In this document: in pieces, positions 23,121-36,381 of the stretch
How the letters are laid out: each line of letters begins with the position of its first letter
Numbering within the stretch: position 1 is the first letter of the stretch
Assembly: GCF_001194135.2 (NCBI RefSeq)
Contig: NC_068996.1
Coordinates: forward strand, 7,263,680 to 7,327,679
Direction: 5' to 3'
DNA from: Octopus bimaculoides
Lineage: Eukaryota
DNA: 64,000 nucleotides
Notes under the pieces: generated by a model
Seen by the model: the letters and a program-made list of their open reading frames with translations, nothing else
What the model was told of the DNA's origin: nothing
Databases searched by the model: none
Position numbers and translations under genes: made by a program

Positions 23121-24789
23121 TGCACATACACACACACAAAGTATACATAAATATCACATACACACATATATCAGCTATACCAACACACTCCTCCCCCCCA
23201 ATAACACATAGGCCCATAAATATGCTCACACCACATATATACATGATACACACATCCCTCTCTCCCACAGAGACCTGTACAACCCCCTTCATACATACAT
23301 CTTTAAGCCACCCTTATTCCTATACATGTACTCCACATGCATATGAACCTTTGCACACATTGCTAATCCTCAAGCAAGCATACTCCCCCCCCCCACAGTA
23401 ATACAGACACGCATACAGGCAAATATGCATGCACAGTCAACGTATACATGCGCAAACTAATATTTGCACATATACCATGTACACGTATATTTCCTTCACA
23501 CATGCATTCGATTTTACATGCTCGTTCACTCACTCACACATGTGTACATATACACACGCAGCACACACACATGTATGAATAGAGGTGTCTGTAAGACTGA
23601 AGGTATTAGGCGCACAGAGATATAGATTAGTGCAGACACACAGACAGCTTAAGGTCAATGTATAGAACATGAGAAACAGATGGGTTTATTGATTGGGTAG
23701 AATTGAATTTCAGATAGATTGATAAATTGACGTGTAAGTGTGTGTGTGGGTGGGTGGGAGAGGGCGGCATACTTATGTGAGTATATGCAAATTATATACA
23801 AATGAAGACTGAAAACCTACATATTCATTGTGATGATGATGATGATGTTTTTTTGTTTTTTTATATTCTCAGTTAAAGCTATACATCTGTAAGGAAATAG
23901 CAACATCAATCAGTGTCTCTTACTCCTCACATCAGGTTCCCAGCTTTAAAACGTTACCCAAATGTGTGTATGTATGTATATAGATGTGTGTGCGTATATA
24001 TATATACAATGTGTGTAATTAGTTTACATTCATGCATCATGGTTTCGTCCAGTCAGTTCTTTAGTGGACTGCGCTCTATGTAAAGCTTGCCCTGTTTACT
24101 TTACTAATGATCAAATGTACATTAGACTTTACAGAAGTATATGTAACTCAAGGTTGTATTGAGTACTTTTATGCTCAATGCAAACCTTTTAGTCCATATG
24201 TGTGTGTTTGAAGTATGATGATGTGATGCAGTGTGTTTTTTGAGGGGTTTTTTTATTTATATCCTCCCTCATTTAATTCCCTGACTTTATCGTCTTTTTG
24301 CATAATGTATGGTAAATGATTGTCCAAGGATCAAGAATGAAACTTGGAACGAGTCTTTGCTTTACAACAAAGAAATAAATTATTCTGAAATGCATTCACA
24401 TGCCATGATTAGCTGAGTTTGTTTTGCTTAAAACCCTTGATCAGCCCAAGCTGTTTCTTTCATCCCTTTTCTTTTTCTGTTTTTTTTTTTCCTTGCAACA
24501 ACAACTATTATTCAATCTCCTTTCCCTTTTTGAGGTGTTATGGAGTGATTTGATAATTATTTTAGTTACTATTTCTAGCAAGTCGAGCAGCGATGTAGCA
24601 GTTCTCTCACTGTCTGAGTTTGTAGGACTGTGTCTTAAGTGTTAGCTGAATGTTCAGTTGCTCTTATTTATGCTTAAGTTACTATATTGTATAAATAGCT
24701 AAAACACTTTTAAATCATTCATGCACTGTAGTTTCAAATGGGTGCCCTGAGGAAGTAACAACTAAACTTCAAGCTAAATAGTTAGCTTC

Positions 24790-24985
24790 TTGTACAGCCA
24801 CTCAACCTGCTAGTGATAACTGCCTATTCACCTTCAACTCACATGGTGTTGTCTTAAGAAAAAATCACATTGGATAATCTAATCTTTGATACACTTCAAA
24901 TAAAAGATGGTATGATTGTGGATGAATCTCTTAGGTCTGTTTGATCAGAGCTAGTATGTAGCTCAACGACAACAACAACAACGAA
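24790..24985 (+). repeat. Dispersed repeat family E with (CAA)n tail
   Basis: The motif cctgctagaaata(g/a)cagccaaatctccctcaaatcac...gatcag...ggggctaaacaacaac recurs at about 13505, 17965, 18315, 52795, 53015, 60790 (+) and 1200, 4590, 63040-63570 (-). Confidence 0.7.
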
Positions 24986-25560
24986 GCCACTTTTAGCAAC
25001 AAGGGATACTGCATCATCCAGAGGAGTATGTTGTTAGTTTTCTGAAAGTAAAGTTCAATGAATTCTTCCAAGATGATGAGCAGTCAAGAGACAGAAAAAT
25101 AGTCTACAGTTCAAGAAATATAAAGATTACATGTAATTTACTCTGCTTTTAACCTTATAATGCTTATTGCTAATAATTTTTAACTCTTTAAATATTATGT
25201 TGTTATAAGGTGTTGGTGGGAATGAAGAAAAGTGAAAGCTTGGACAAGCTCCAAAGATTTTTACATTTGAAGAATGTTATTGCATGAAGACAATTATGGC
25301 TGTTGCAGTATTATCGATATTTGAATAAATAATATATAAATGTAAAAAAAAATTTTTTTAGTCTTTTCACATCATACACACTCCTTCCTTTTAGCTGTAT
25401 AACACCTATTTTTAATAATTCTTGGTACTTCAAATATTATGGAAAGGAAACATCAAAACCGTAATCTTGGATAAGCTCCAAAGACTGAACTTTTGAGTAA
25501 CATTATTACATATAGGCAATTATAATATCTGGCAGACGTTGCAAATTTTTCAGTTCTAAG

Positions 25561-25604
<44 letters not shown>

Positions 25605-27366
25605 ATAAGTTAGGCTCTGTTTGATTTTTATAGACTTAAGATAAACCATATTATTAAACACCTAATAAAACTATGTAAGTCTGGCATCTAAGAGACCATA
25701 ATTTCAACCCAGACAGTTGCAGCACCAGACTTCTTTTAGAAAAAGACTAAACAAATAGATAAATGTTCCAACATTTATCTTCTGAATATTTTGGTGTTCA
25801 GGCCATTGCTGTGAGGGCTAAATGTATTGTGAGGTATAGTACACACATTGAGACAGAAGGGTGCCATGTCTGCATATATGGTTGATGCGTTAGACATGTC
25901 AACTATGTGTGTGTGTGCACACTGGAAATTATGGTGGTTAGTACTATATTAGAGGAGTGCCAGGAGTAATGAGGGCATACAATAACTAAATTTATGAGCT
26001 TGTAACTTTTCCCCCAGGAGCCAAACAGCATGATATCTTCTGTCCCTGAAAGGCAAGCCTGGTTCAGGATGTTGTGAGCTAGATTATTATAGTTTTGTAG
26101 TGGACATACACAAATAAGCTATGCAAAATGGTATTTAAAAAAAAACAAAATCATTAAAACAGTAGCATAATCATGATGAATTAAATACTGTTTGATATTC
26201 AGTTATGTTCCATAGTCTTGATTTAAAAATTTTGTTGATTTTGACATATTTTCTCCTCCTCTGTGAACCAGTTAAGATAAAAGCAAGCACCAGTTGAAAT
26301 TTTCAGGTCTTTTATTTCTGCGACATACACCGCTTTGCACACACCAACCTCATGCCAAAAACTTAATGAATAAATTTCAAAATATTGTAGCCTGGTGCCA
26401 TATTCTGTGTCTGGAATTGTTAATCATTACTTGTTTAAACTAGTGTCTGTATCTTATAGTCATGGCTAAGAAAATGTGACATTTAAAAGTTGATGACCAT
26501 GATAGGCAGAAGAATTGCATAAGTAAGATGTGTTAATGGGAATGGTTTTAGAGAAATGGCAACATTCAGTCAGGCAGCAGATGTAAATACAATGAGCTTC
26601 TTAGAGTTCCTAGCAAGACAAAACTGACATTGTTTGGGACATAGCCACAAAACATTCTTCAACCTATATTATAAAGCCAGCCTAACAAACAGGCAATTCT
26701 TGAACAAGACTTTTTCTGTCCAGAATAATAATGTCTTTGATTCTACACACCACACAAGACACACTGACTACCCAGACTCATACACTTGCATGCACATATG
26801 TTCCCACAACATACTACACCAATTACACCCAATGCATGCAATGCACTCAGTTCAATGCAACATGCATAATACATGCAACAAATGAAACGCAAAAGTACAC
26901 AACACTCACGCATATACTACACACTATGCATGCACATGTACTCACACAAACATACAAATTGCACACACACACACACACACACAACTCGTATATCTACAAT
27001 ACAACCTTCATATATAAGCACACTTATGCTTGACACAGATGCGAACATACACAGCCTACATATATACATAATGCACTCAGACATACACAACAAGCACACA
27101 CACACATACACTATATACACACACATGAACACATCTTGTACATATATAATATTCACGTGCAACACATACACATAGACAACACACACATATCACCAAATAT
27201 GATTATATTACAATCAATGAAAAAAAAAAAAAAGACAAAAATCCTCAAATAATTTTAGTTTCATTTCACAATATATATTCAACTTGGCATTATAAAATTG
27301 ACATTACTGATTATATTTGTAATTGTTAGTATCACCATCATCATAATCATCATCATCATCACCACT

Positions 27367-27416
<50 letters not shown>

Positions 27417-27639
27417 GAATTGTTATTATTGTTAGCTTTTATGATGATTCTCTGATATAAGAGGTCAGCTAATCGTTGTGAAAGACATCAGTGTATGTAT
27501 AACGATATTATTCTCTTGTTGGAAGAATCGGAAAGTGTTCTGTTACTTGCAAGTTGCTCTTCATTCAAAGACTTCATTGTAACTAAACTTTCACCTAACA
27601 GAGAAGAAAGAGTACATTTAATTGTTCATTAAGTTCAAG

Positions 27640-28220
27640 CAAGCTTACTTGTTATTTATTTTCTTTCTTCTCTTCTTCTCTCTAAATTGTTTCTTTGTTG
27701 TTTCCATGACTCTCTTTATTATTCTTTCCCTATTAATTTGTTTTCTTATTCTTATTGTCTCTTGTTTTATTATTCTGCCTTGTTATTCTCCCATGGTATT
27801 CTACCTTCTGTCTTCTTATTCTGCTATTTTTTCTTATTCTTTCTTCTATTTCTGCCTTTTTCTCCCCACCACTTTTTTTTTTTATTCTGCCTCATCTTTA
27901 TTATTCCCTCTTTTAATTCCCACTTCACATTATCCCTCTTTATCCTACCCTCCATCTTATTTCCACCTCTTCACCCTCCCTCTTTCATCTTATTTTCCCC
28001 TCATCTAATTTCCTCCCTCATCTTATTACCCCCTTCTTATTCCCCCTCCTCCCATCTTTACCTTCCTCTGTCTTATTCCCCCACCATCTTATCACCCCAT
28101 ATCTTATTCCCTCCTGTTCCTTTCCCTTTTTTCTCCGTATCTTTCCTCTTCCTTATCTCTCCCCTTATTTACTCCATCATCACATTTTTTTTTATTCCCT
28201 CTTCATATTCTGCCTCCTTA
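27640..28220. repeat. Pyrimidine-rich low-complexity tract
   Basis: Almost exclusively C/T on the plus strand with scattered A. Confidence 0.85.
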
Positions 28221-28984
28221 TAAATTTTAATGTAAAATGCTTCCTTCAAATTCTGGTATTTAAAAACAAAACAAAACAAAAAAATTTGTTTTTACTTTCA
28301 CAAGTTCTAAGTGCAGCTGGAACTGATCTAGTGGTGGGGGTGGATTAATAGGATTTATTTGGCATGAATGTGCCATGAATTAACCCGAAATTTAACAGTG
28401 TGATACTGCAAATAATTTTCTTATTTAATCAATGGTTGCAGGCATAATTGTGTGAATATGAAGCTTGCTTTGCAACTACATGGTTCAGAGTTTCAACCCA
28501 TTGTATGGCACCTTATCTTGGGCAAGCAAGTTTCTTTGACTGTAGCCTGTATGGAGGTGTATGTTTGTATGTGTGTATATACTATATTCATCCATCAGAG
28601 CAACAAGGACCGTCCAATCATTCTCAAGGATGACTGATGACTTGTGCACTGACTTTATTTAACCCTTCAGCATTTAAACTGGCCATATTCTGGCCAAAAT
28701 ATTTTACCTGTTTTTATGTTCATATCAGCTCCATTTTGCCTTTCACACTTAGACTACAATGTCATTCTAAAAATATACAATCGCATCATCAAAAGATAAT
28801 GCATGTTTAGCTCAAAAACAATGTAAATAAATGTTACATTTGGCAGAGTAGTCTGAATGGTAAAGAAGAGTTGTGCACGATGAACACTTTCAGCTATGAT
28901 CATCTTTAATCCAGTGGCAACACCGGGTCAACACAGTTGAGGCTGGGGCGTGGTGCAGTAGATGACCAGACCAAGATGTCTTAC

Positions 28985-29085
28985 TTGCCTCATCTTGCAC
29001 TCTGTGCTCCACAATGCGTTGCTGCTGCTGCCTTTCCCTCTGCTGAGCCATGAAGATTTCTTCCATGAAGTCTGCCAGATCCAAT
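28985..29085 (-). CDS. Candidate exon LDLADFMEEIFMAQQRERQQQQRIVEHRVQDEA (coiled-coil-like)
   Basis: GC-richer island with a protein-like charged, Gln-rich frame; donor CAA|gtaaga. The acceptor (tgtgaag|) is weak, with an alternative ctggcag| 11 nt downstream. Confidence 0.6.
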
Positions 29086-29239
29086 CTTCACATACATAGG
29101 TAGGCAAACTATAATATGCTAATTAAATCCATAGTTGGGACCTTGAAAGGTGTAACTACTCTAGGTCAGAGTAGAGCTGAGAATAGTAGTGCCTAAGAAG
29201 TCAAACTCCCAAACCAGGGTCCTACTATCAAATGCAGAT

Positions 29240-29375
29240 TAGTCATACTCAAGACATACAATATCTTTGTATAGTCATACTCAGGACATACAATATCTTT
29301 GTATAGTCATACTCAAGACATACAATATCTTTGTATAGTCATACTCAGGACATACACACAATATCTTTCACTTTG
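29240..29375. repeat. 32-bp minisatellite, 4 copies
   Basis: TAGTCATACTCA(A/G)GACATACAATATCTTTGTA head to tail with no spacers. Confidence 0.9.
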
Positions 29376-29631
29376 TATAGTAGTAAAATATTTAAGCATT
29401 GTGAAGGAAAATAGAAAAACCATTGCTTAATGAATGAAATATATTTGAGATATTTGCTCTCTATTGAATTACATATACTTCCTTGTCTGTCAGAAATACA
29501 GTAATTGGCCCACTGGAAACCTGTAGTTAACAACAATTTTGTTTACTAGTTGCAGTATAAAATGAAAAAAAAGATAAATACATAAAATTAATGCACTAAA
29601 ACCTCCATTGCTACCCAACAAGAATTTTTAC

Positions 29632-29711
29632 TTTGCACATTGTCAAAGGAAATTATGTTGACACTAAAATCTGAAGTTTCTTCTGTGAATAATCTAAATG
29701 CTGCTGGAGGA
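29632..29711 (-). CDS. Candidate exon (x)PPAAFRLFTEETSDFSVNIISFDNVQ
   Basis: Acceptor ttctgtcttttatgtcag|, donor CAA A|gtaaaa; 80 nt with a single open frame. Confidence 0.35.
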
Positions 29712-32116
29712 CTGACATAAAAGACAGAATGATGACAACAAATGGATAAGGCATTTATCCAATTTTGCATTTAGCTTTCAAAATCTGTTTTGGCATTGTT
29801 ATAACTAATCACTTGACCAATCACCTATGACCCAGCAAACATGACATTGGTGGTGGTTATTTGACAGAAAGAAATAAAGAGAAAAATGAGAGAGAGTGAC
29901 AGAAAAAAGACTTTAAAAAAAAAAAAAAAAATATATTAAGGTATTTTATGCTATTGCAAAACAATGGCTTGACTGCTGTCTGTCTTGTCTGTTTTACTGA
30001 ATTAAAGAACTACTATATCAAGACTAATTAGATGTCACTAAATCTGTTGAAGCATTTTTTTCCTCTTTTTTTCTTCCTATCTTTCTTTTTCAAGAAGTTC
30101 AATCTAATTTTTGTATTGACAATTTAAAACTGCTTTTTCCAAACATTTTATGTTTGCAGAATCTTTAAAATACGTTCTGTGTCTCAGGGGAATGCACCCA
30201 TTCGAATTATTATATATGTTTGTTAATCCTTTCTTTTTTCCCTCATAAAATTAAATTTCACAAGAGAGCAACCAAATCATTATACTGTCTTTGAAAGATA
30301 TCATCATCATCATTCTGTTCATTTTTCCATGCTGCCTTGGGTCTGATAGAATTTGTTGAGGCAGATTTTCAATGGCCAGGTGCCTTTTTCTGTTTTTCAA
30401 GCAAAGTAATATTTCCCCATGGCTGGAGATGTTTTCATGAAAGATTGAAAATGAATAACACTACGTGACAATGACACTTGTTTACAACTACCATGCAATA
30501 TGGAGACAAGAAAACACATAGTACAATACACACACATATACAATAGGTTTCTTTGAGTTTCTGGCTACCAAATACACTCATAGTGCCTTTGTCAAGAGAT
30601 GACATGCTGTGAAACTGAACCTGAAACTATGTGGTTTGGAAGCAAGCTTCTTACCTGCACAACCAGAGAGACAGATAGATAGACAGAGAGGAAGGGTAGT
30701 TCCTGCATAGTTTTGGGCTACCAAATTCCACTCAAGTTATTGGGCAGCCTTGCTGAAAGTGCTATGCACTGGGATCAAATCCAGAACCAGTTGACTGTGA
30801 AACAAACTCCTTAATACTCATACAACCATGCCTGTGCAGAGATACACCAAAATACTGATAGCAAATTTGAATTCTTTACTACTTTTGAGTTAATGGTTCA
30901 TTGCTTTGTTTGCTTGGTCATTTTTGCCTCAGAAAAAGAAAACAAAGAAGAAAAACATAATGGGAACATTAAATAGCAAGGAGGTTAAGGTACTGGACTA
31001 CTATTGTTAGTGTCAATATGGCTAACATGTTCAAGTTTTAATGCAGTCATTGACTTTGCCCTTGGTCAGTGACACAGCTCTGTTACTGCTTGCCTGACTG
31101 ACAAAAGAAAGCATCCCCCACCACTTCCTACTTCCCACTTGAGGCTCAATGCTTGAATGGTGTTCTTACATGCCACCGGCACCCCACCCGGTACCTGTCA
31201 GACAACACAGGAGGGCCATGGCTATGATTTCTCTCAATTCAACAGATCTTTACATCTAATTATATAAAAGCAATCTAAGGACATCTGGATCTGTTGTTTG
31301 ATCTGGTACTGCTCAATTTCACAGATTTGCCCAGACCCTAGCACTGAGGTTTGGTGACCTCACTAGTGCTGCTATCATGGAAAAAAGAAACCTAGTACAC
31401 TCTGAAGTGGCTGGCATTAGGAAGGGCATCCAGTTATAGAAACCATACCAAAGCAGACATTAAAGTTTATTGCAGTTGTCTGGCTTGTCAGTTTATTTTG
31501 AACCATTCAACTCATGCTAGCATAGGAAAAGGAACATTAAATGATGTTGCATTGAGGTGTAAAGTAGATCTTGCAGGCTAGAATGGAGTAATTATTCTTT
31601 AAAAAGAATGTATAATGTAGGCCAAAGTTAAAGGATAAATGGGTTAATATACATTATAACAACTTTAGGAAAGTCTACGAGGTGTTAGCTAAAATGCAGA
31701 GATATGTGGGAAAATGAAAATGCAATTTCAAAGACCATTGCTATCACAAGAATCCATTCAGAGGATTAAGTGCATAAATAAAAAAATTTTTCTTAGTGTG
31801 TATAGACAAAGTGAAGGGAAAATAGGTCAGGTCTTTTAGCATATGGATTTATAAGCTTCTTTTTTCATTGGTTGACATAACAAGATTCCTTAAAGTACAT
31901 CTACTTTACTAATTGATAGTGTTAATCATTACTCTAGTTGGATTCCAATTCTGAAAACATACTAGCAATATACATTTCATAGAATATTCTGCTATTAAAG
32001 AAATGTTTGTGTGGTTGGATAGCAAACTCTCCTATGGAGATGAAGGTTTTCAGAGCCCTCATCTGCCATTTCAGCACAGCTTGAAATAAAGTGTTTTACC
32101 CCAAAATACAACTCAC

Positions 32117-32147
32117 TGTAAGCCATTTTTGTCACCTTTGTCCTAGT
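32117..32147 (-). CDS. Candidate short exon (31 nt, or 26 nt from the alternative acceptor at 32142)
   Basis: Donor ACA|gtgagt; acceptors ttccatcag| or actag|; reading frame ambiguous (TRTKVTKMAY or DKGDKNGL). Confidence 0.35.
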
Positions 32148-32745
32148 CTGATGGAAGCATGTTTTGGTTGCATACATAAGCTAGAATGGTATCACTCCCC
32201 CTGCTCAAAGCTTGTATTTCAAGAAGGAAAAGGTGAGAAGTAAAGATTCAATGTTTTTTTCTTTTACTTCTTTCAGCTATAGGAGTGTGGCCATGCTACG
32301 GCACTGCATTGAAGGGTTTTAATTGAATGAATTGACTCCCGTAATCATTTTCGAGTCTCGTATTTATTCTATTGGCCTCTTGTTTGTGTGGTTATGTGGT
32401 AAGAAGCTTGCTTCCCAACTACATGGTCCAGGGTTCAGTCCCACTGCATGGCACCTGACCAAAGCCTTGTGAGTGGATTTGGTGGATGGAAACTAAAAGA
32501 AGCCTGTTGTATATATGTGTGTGCATTCCCATCACTTAGTGGTTCAGCAAAAAAGATTGATAGAATAAGTACGAGGTTTAAAAAAAGAAGTACAGGGGTT
32601 GATTCATTCAACTAAAAAAGAAAACTCTAGGTAGTACCCAACATGGTCACAGTCCAATGACTGAAACCAGTAAAAGATAAAAGATAGATAAGATAGAACC
32701 ATCACCAGTTGTGAAGCAGTAGTGGAGATGCACACACATACATAA

Positions 32746-32779
<34 letters not shown>

Positions 32780-34124
32780 GGCTTCCACACAGTTTCCAGC
32801 TATCAAATTCACTCATAAGATATTGGTCAGTCTGGGGCTATAGTAAATGTCAAGTAGTAGGATTGGACCTGATACCTCTTGGTTGCAAAGTAAACTTCTT
32901 AACCAAATAGCCATGCCTAGCACTATATCTATCAATTTGTAGAGAAAAATGAAACCTAAAGTTGACCTTGGTGTGATTTGAACTCTGAGTGCAGAGAGCT
33001 GAAACAAATACTGCAATGCATTCTTGCTGATATTCTAACAATGCTATCAATTCACTGTCTATTGATAAAAAAAACAAAAACATCTCAACGCAAGCTTAGA
33101 AAAACATGTAAAATAGTGAAAACAAAAAGCTGTCGTTAAACCTGATTAAAAATTCAATGTAGTTTGTTCATATTAACAATTGTTAGTGTTCATCACAAAA
33201 CTGACTCGATTTCTGTTGATTTTGCTTGTTACTGTAATTAAAAATAAATACTCTGATAATGATCTTCTATAGTTTAAATTAACCCTGAGACTCATTGATC
33301 GTTTTGACCTTTGTCAGAAATTGATACACCAAAGCTTGTTGTGGGGTGGAGTGTAGGAGAGAAAAGCAAATAAATTTTTAAAGCATTTTTTGGGGTGTCA
33401 AAATTTGTTATTTTACCCACTTTCTTCTTCCGATATATTTTAGATCAGTAAACAGATAAGAATTATTAATACATTACAAATCGTTTTTTTTTTTTTTTTT
33501 TCTAAAAGCCTTCTTGTATAAATGTTTCCTTTTGATTTTATTGTAGTGAATTGGAAGAAAATACAAATCATGAGAAATAGAATAAATAAAGAAGTGTGGG
33601 TGAGATATTAGATTAGTCGACTAATTCTTGGAGATTATATAAAAATTCAATCAGTATTATTTTGATGTAATAATCTTGTTTGAGTTTGTTTTTTGTTGTT
33701 TTTTTTTGTTTTCATCAAAGACAATCTAAAATATCTAAGAAGGTTTGTGTAGCAAAAAATGTAAATATGTAATTTAGAAATTATTTATTTAATAATGTAA
33801 AAATAATTGAATTTATTTGCACACTTATTATAACACTATTCATTTTGTTTTTCTTTATATTCTTAATCATTTTACCAGTTGATATATTATTTAACCAGGT
33901 AAAATACAAGATCTGAAAAAAGCTAGTCATAATTTGTTAACAATTAGTTTATAGGATTGTACACATAGTTCATTTTTACCATTTTTGATGAAGAATCTAA
34001 TGCTTAAGGTCCTTTCTGTTATCTGGGAAAGAGAAAGCACAAGACAGGCAAACAGAAAATGTGACTGTGTTCAGAAGTTATTTCGTCTTTTGAAGTATTA
34101 GCATCTGATCAAAGTTGCTTGGGT

Positions 34125-34531
34125 TGGTAAGTAGCTTGCTTACCAACCACATGGTTCCGGGTTCACTCCCATTGCGTGGCACCTTGGGCAAGTGTCTTCT
34201 ACTATAGCCTCAAGCCGACCAAAGCCTTGTGAGTGGATTTGGTAGACTGAAACTGAAAGAAGCCCGTCGTATATATGTGTGTGTATATATATACATATAT
34301 ATATGTGTGTGTGTGTGTGTGTATGTTTGTGTGTCTGTGTTTGTCCCCCAATATCGCTTGACAACCAATGGTGGTGTGTTTACGTTCCTGTAACTTAGCG
34401 GTTCGGCAAAAAGAGACTGATAGAATAAGTACTAGGCTTCCAAAGAATAAGTCCTGGTGTCGATTTGCTCGACTAAAGGCCGTGCTCCAGCATGGCCGCA
34501 GTCAAATGACTGAAACAAGTAAAAGTGAAAG
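34125..34531 (+). mobile_element. SINE family B
   Basis: Aligns by eye with 19345-19761. Confidence 0.85.
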
Positions 34532-36098
34532 TGTACCTGTTGCAATATAGCTATAGATATTTCTATATATGATTAAAATTCAGTGGTGATAAACCTTGAA
34601 TACCATTATGGTCATGTGTTTAAGAAGCTTGCTTCGCAGTTACATGATTTTTGTTGAATTCTTTGTAGAAGCTTGGTCATTCCAATTTTATGATAGAGAA
34701 GACACTTGACCAAATTTTTGTGCAAAAATTAGGTAGATAAAAATTGAACAACAGCCTGACAGATATAGGGGTTGGTATAAATGGCAAAGAAGATTCAAAT
34801 AGAATTCCTTTTGGTCACATTTTTTTTTTTATTCCTGTGTAAACTTCACCTTTCACTTTTTCCAAGGTTGACGAAACAAGTACCAGGTAGAATTTTGGAA
34901 TTGGTCTCCAATAACAGAAACTAGTAAATGAATAAATAACCAAATTAAAAGTTATTCCATATCATTATTTAACGTCCTTGCTTCATGCTGGCATCGGTTG
35001 GATTGTCTGACTATAACCAATGTGTCCAAGGACTGCATCAGCCTCCAACTGTCTGCTTTGGCATAGTTTTTACAGCTGGATACCTTTCCTAATGTGAATC
35101 AGCATGGACTGGGTGCTTTTTTTCATGCCACCCTCACTATGGAGGATGTCATTCAGTTTGCAGCAGGACTACGAAACCTGGGGTAAGTGGGGTGGTCACA
35201 TTCAAGTTAGGGGGTAAGGGTATTACTATAAATTAGGCCAACTCTAAAACCCTTGAACTCAGTATCATTTCAGTCTCCAATGACTACTACAAATAAATAA
35301 ATACTGATGTCTCAAAATTATTCCATATCTTCTATCTTTTATTTGTTTCAGTCATTGGACTGCAGCCATGCTGAGGCATTGCCTTGAAGGATTTTACTCA
35401 AACAAATCAACCCCAGTACTTAGTTTTAATCAGTCTCTTTTTTACTGAACTGCTGTGTTGTGGAGATGTTAACAAACCAACACCAAGTGTCAAGCACTGG
35501 TGAGGGACAAACACAAAAATCACATATACACACACATATATATATTATGACTAGGGCTGTCTAACAAATTCTCTCAGAAGCATTGGTTGGTCCCTGTTAT
35601 AGCAGAAGTCACTTGCATAATGTGCTATGCAATAGTTGCAAAGCAAGCGATTTAACCACACTGCCATGTTTGTGCATATACATACAAATAAATAAATAAA
35701 TAACAAATGGTTTGCCTGCAACAATTGATACTTCCATTGCAATATCTTTTTCATCACAAGGCAAAGCAAAAAAAGGAAGTTTTTTTTCATCCTTAAAGAC
35801 TTTTTAATTGCATTTAAATGAAGTTGCAACAGGGATTAATTAACTAGACATCAATTAATGACAGAAGCAAAGCCATGTATTTGGTTACTTAATGATTCTG
35901 ACGGTAATAAGAGATACTAATTAATATGCACTAAAGCAGTGAGAGCTTCTACGTAGCTAACCTACTAGAAATAACAGTCAAATCTCCCTCAAATTAAACC
36001 CTACTATTTTAATTAGGGAAAGAGAATTTTGGCTACTGTTACTATTTGCATTTCCCTAGCAACGCTGGGTAATGATAGCTTGAACAACTCATATAATG

Positions 36099-36270
36099 CA
36101 GTTCTATATTTAAGAGATGAAGAATTATTTACATTATTTACATTTGATGGATATTTGTCTTCATCTTGCTTGTTGTTAACACAACGTTTCGGCTGATATA
36201 CCCTCCAGCCTTCATCAGGTGTCTCAGGGAAATTTCGAACCTCGGTTCTCATTCCTAAGGTATATTTCAA

Positions 36271-36305
<35 letters not shown>

Positions 36306-36381
36306 TCTCTGCCTGGAATCAAACTCAGGATCTTGAGGTTAGTAGCCTGCGCTCTTAACCACTATGCCATATGCCCATGGG
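36099..36381 (-). mobile_element. tRNA-headed SINE-like element with internal (AAT)n and a hammerhead motif
   Basis: A box TGGCATAGTGG, B box GAGTTTGATTCC, (AAT)n linker and HHR body, flanked by the 9-bp direct repeat CATATAATG (36090-98 and 36382-90). Confidence 0.75.
36178..36223 (-). ncRNA. Minimal type I hammerhead ribozyme motif
   Basis: GACAC-CTGATGA-a-GGCTG(gagggtatat)CAGCC-GAAA-CG-T-T-GTGTT; stem I 5 bp, palindromic ACGT stem III. Confidence 0.65.

Noticed and set aside
28890-29084. 64-aa stand-alone ORF starting at TTG
   Set aside because: A strong donor at 28985 suggests an internal exon, so the last 31 residues are probably intron read-through.
29240-29375. CRISPR-like 32-bp repeats
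   Set aside because: The units are contiguous with no spacers, there are no cas genes, and the context is eukaryotic.
36302-36376. Functional tRNA gene
   Set aside because: The apparent anticodon ACT is atypical, the stems are imperfect, and it lies inside a TSD-flanked element, so it is a SINE head.
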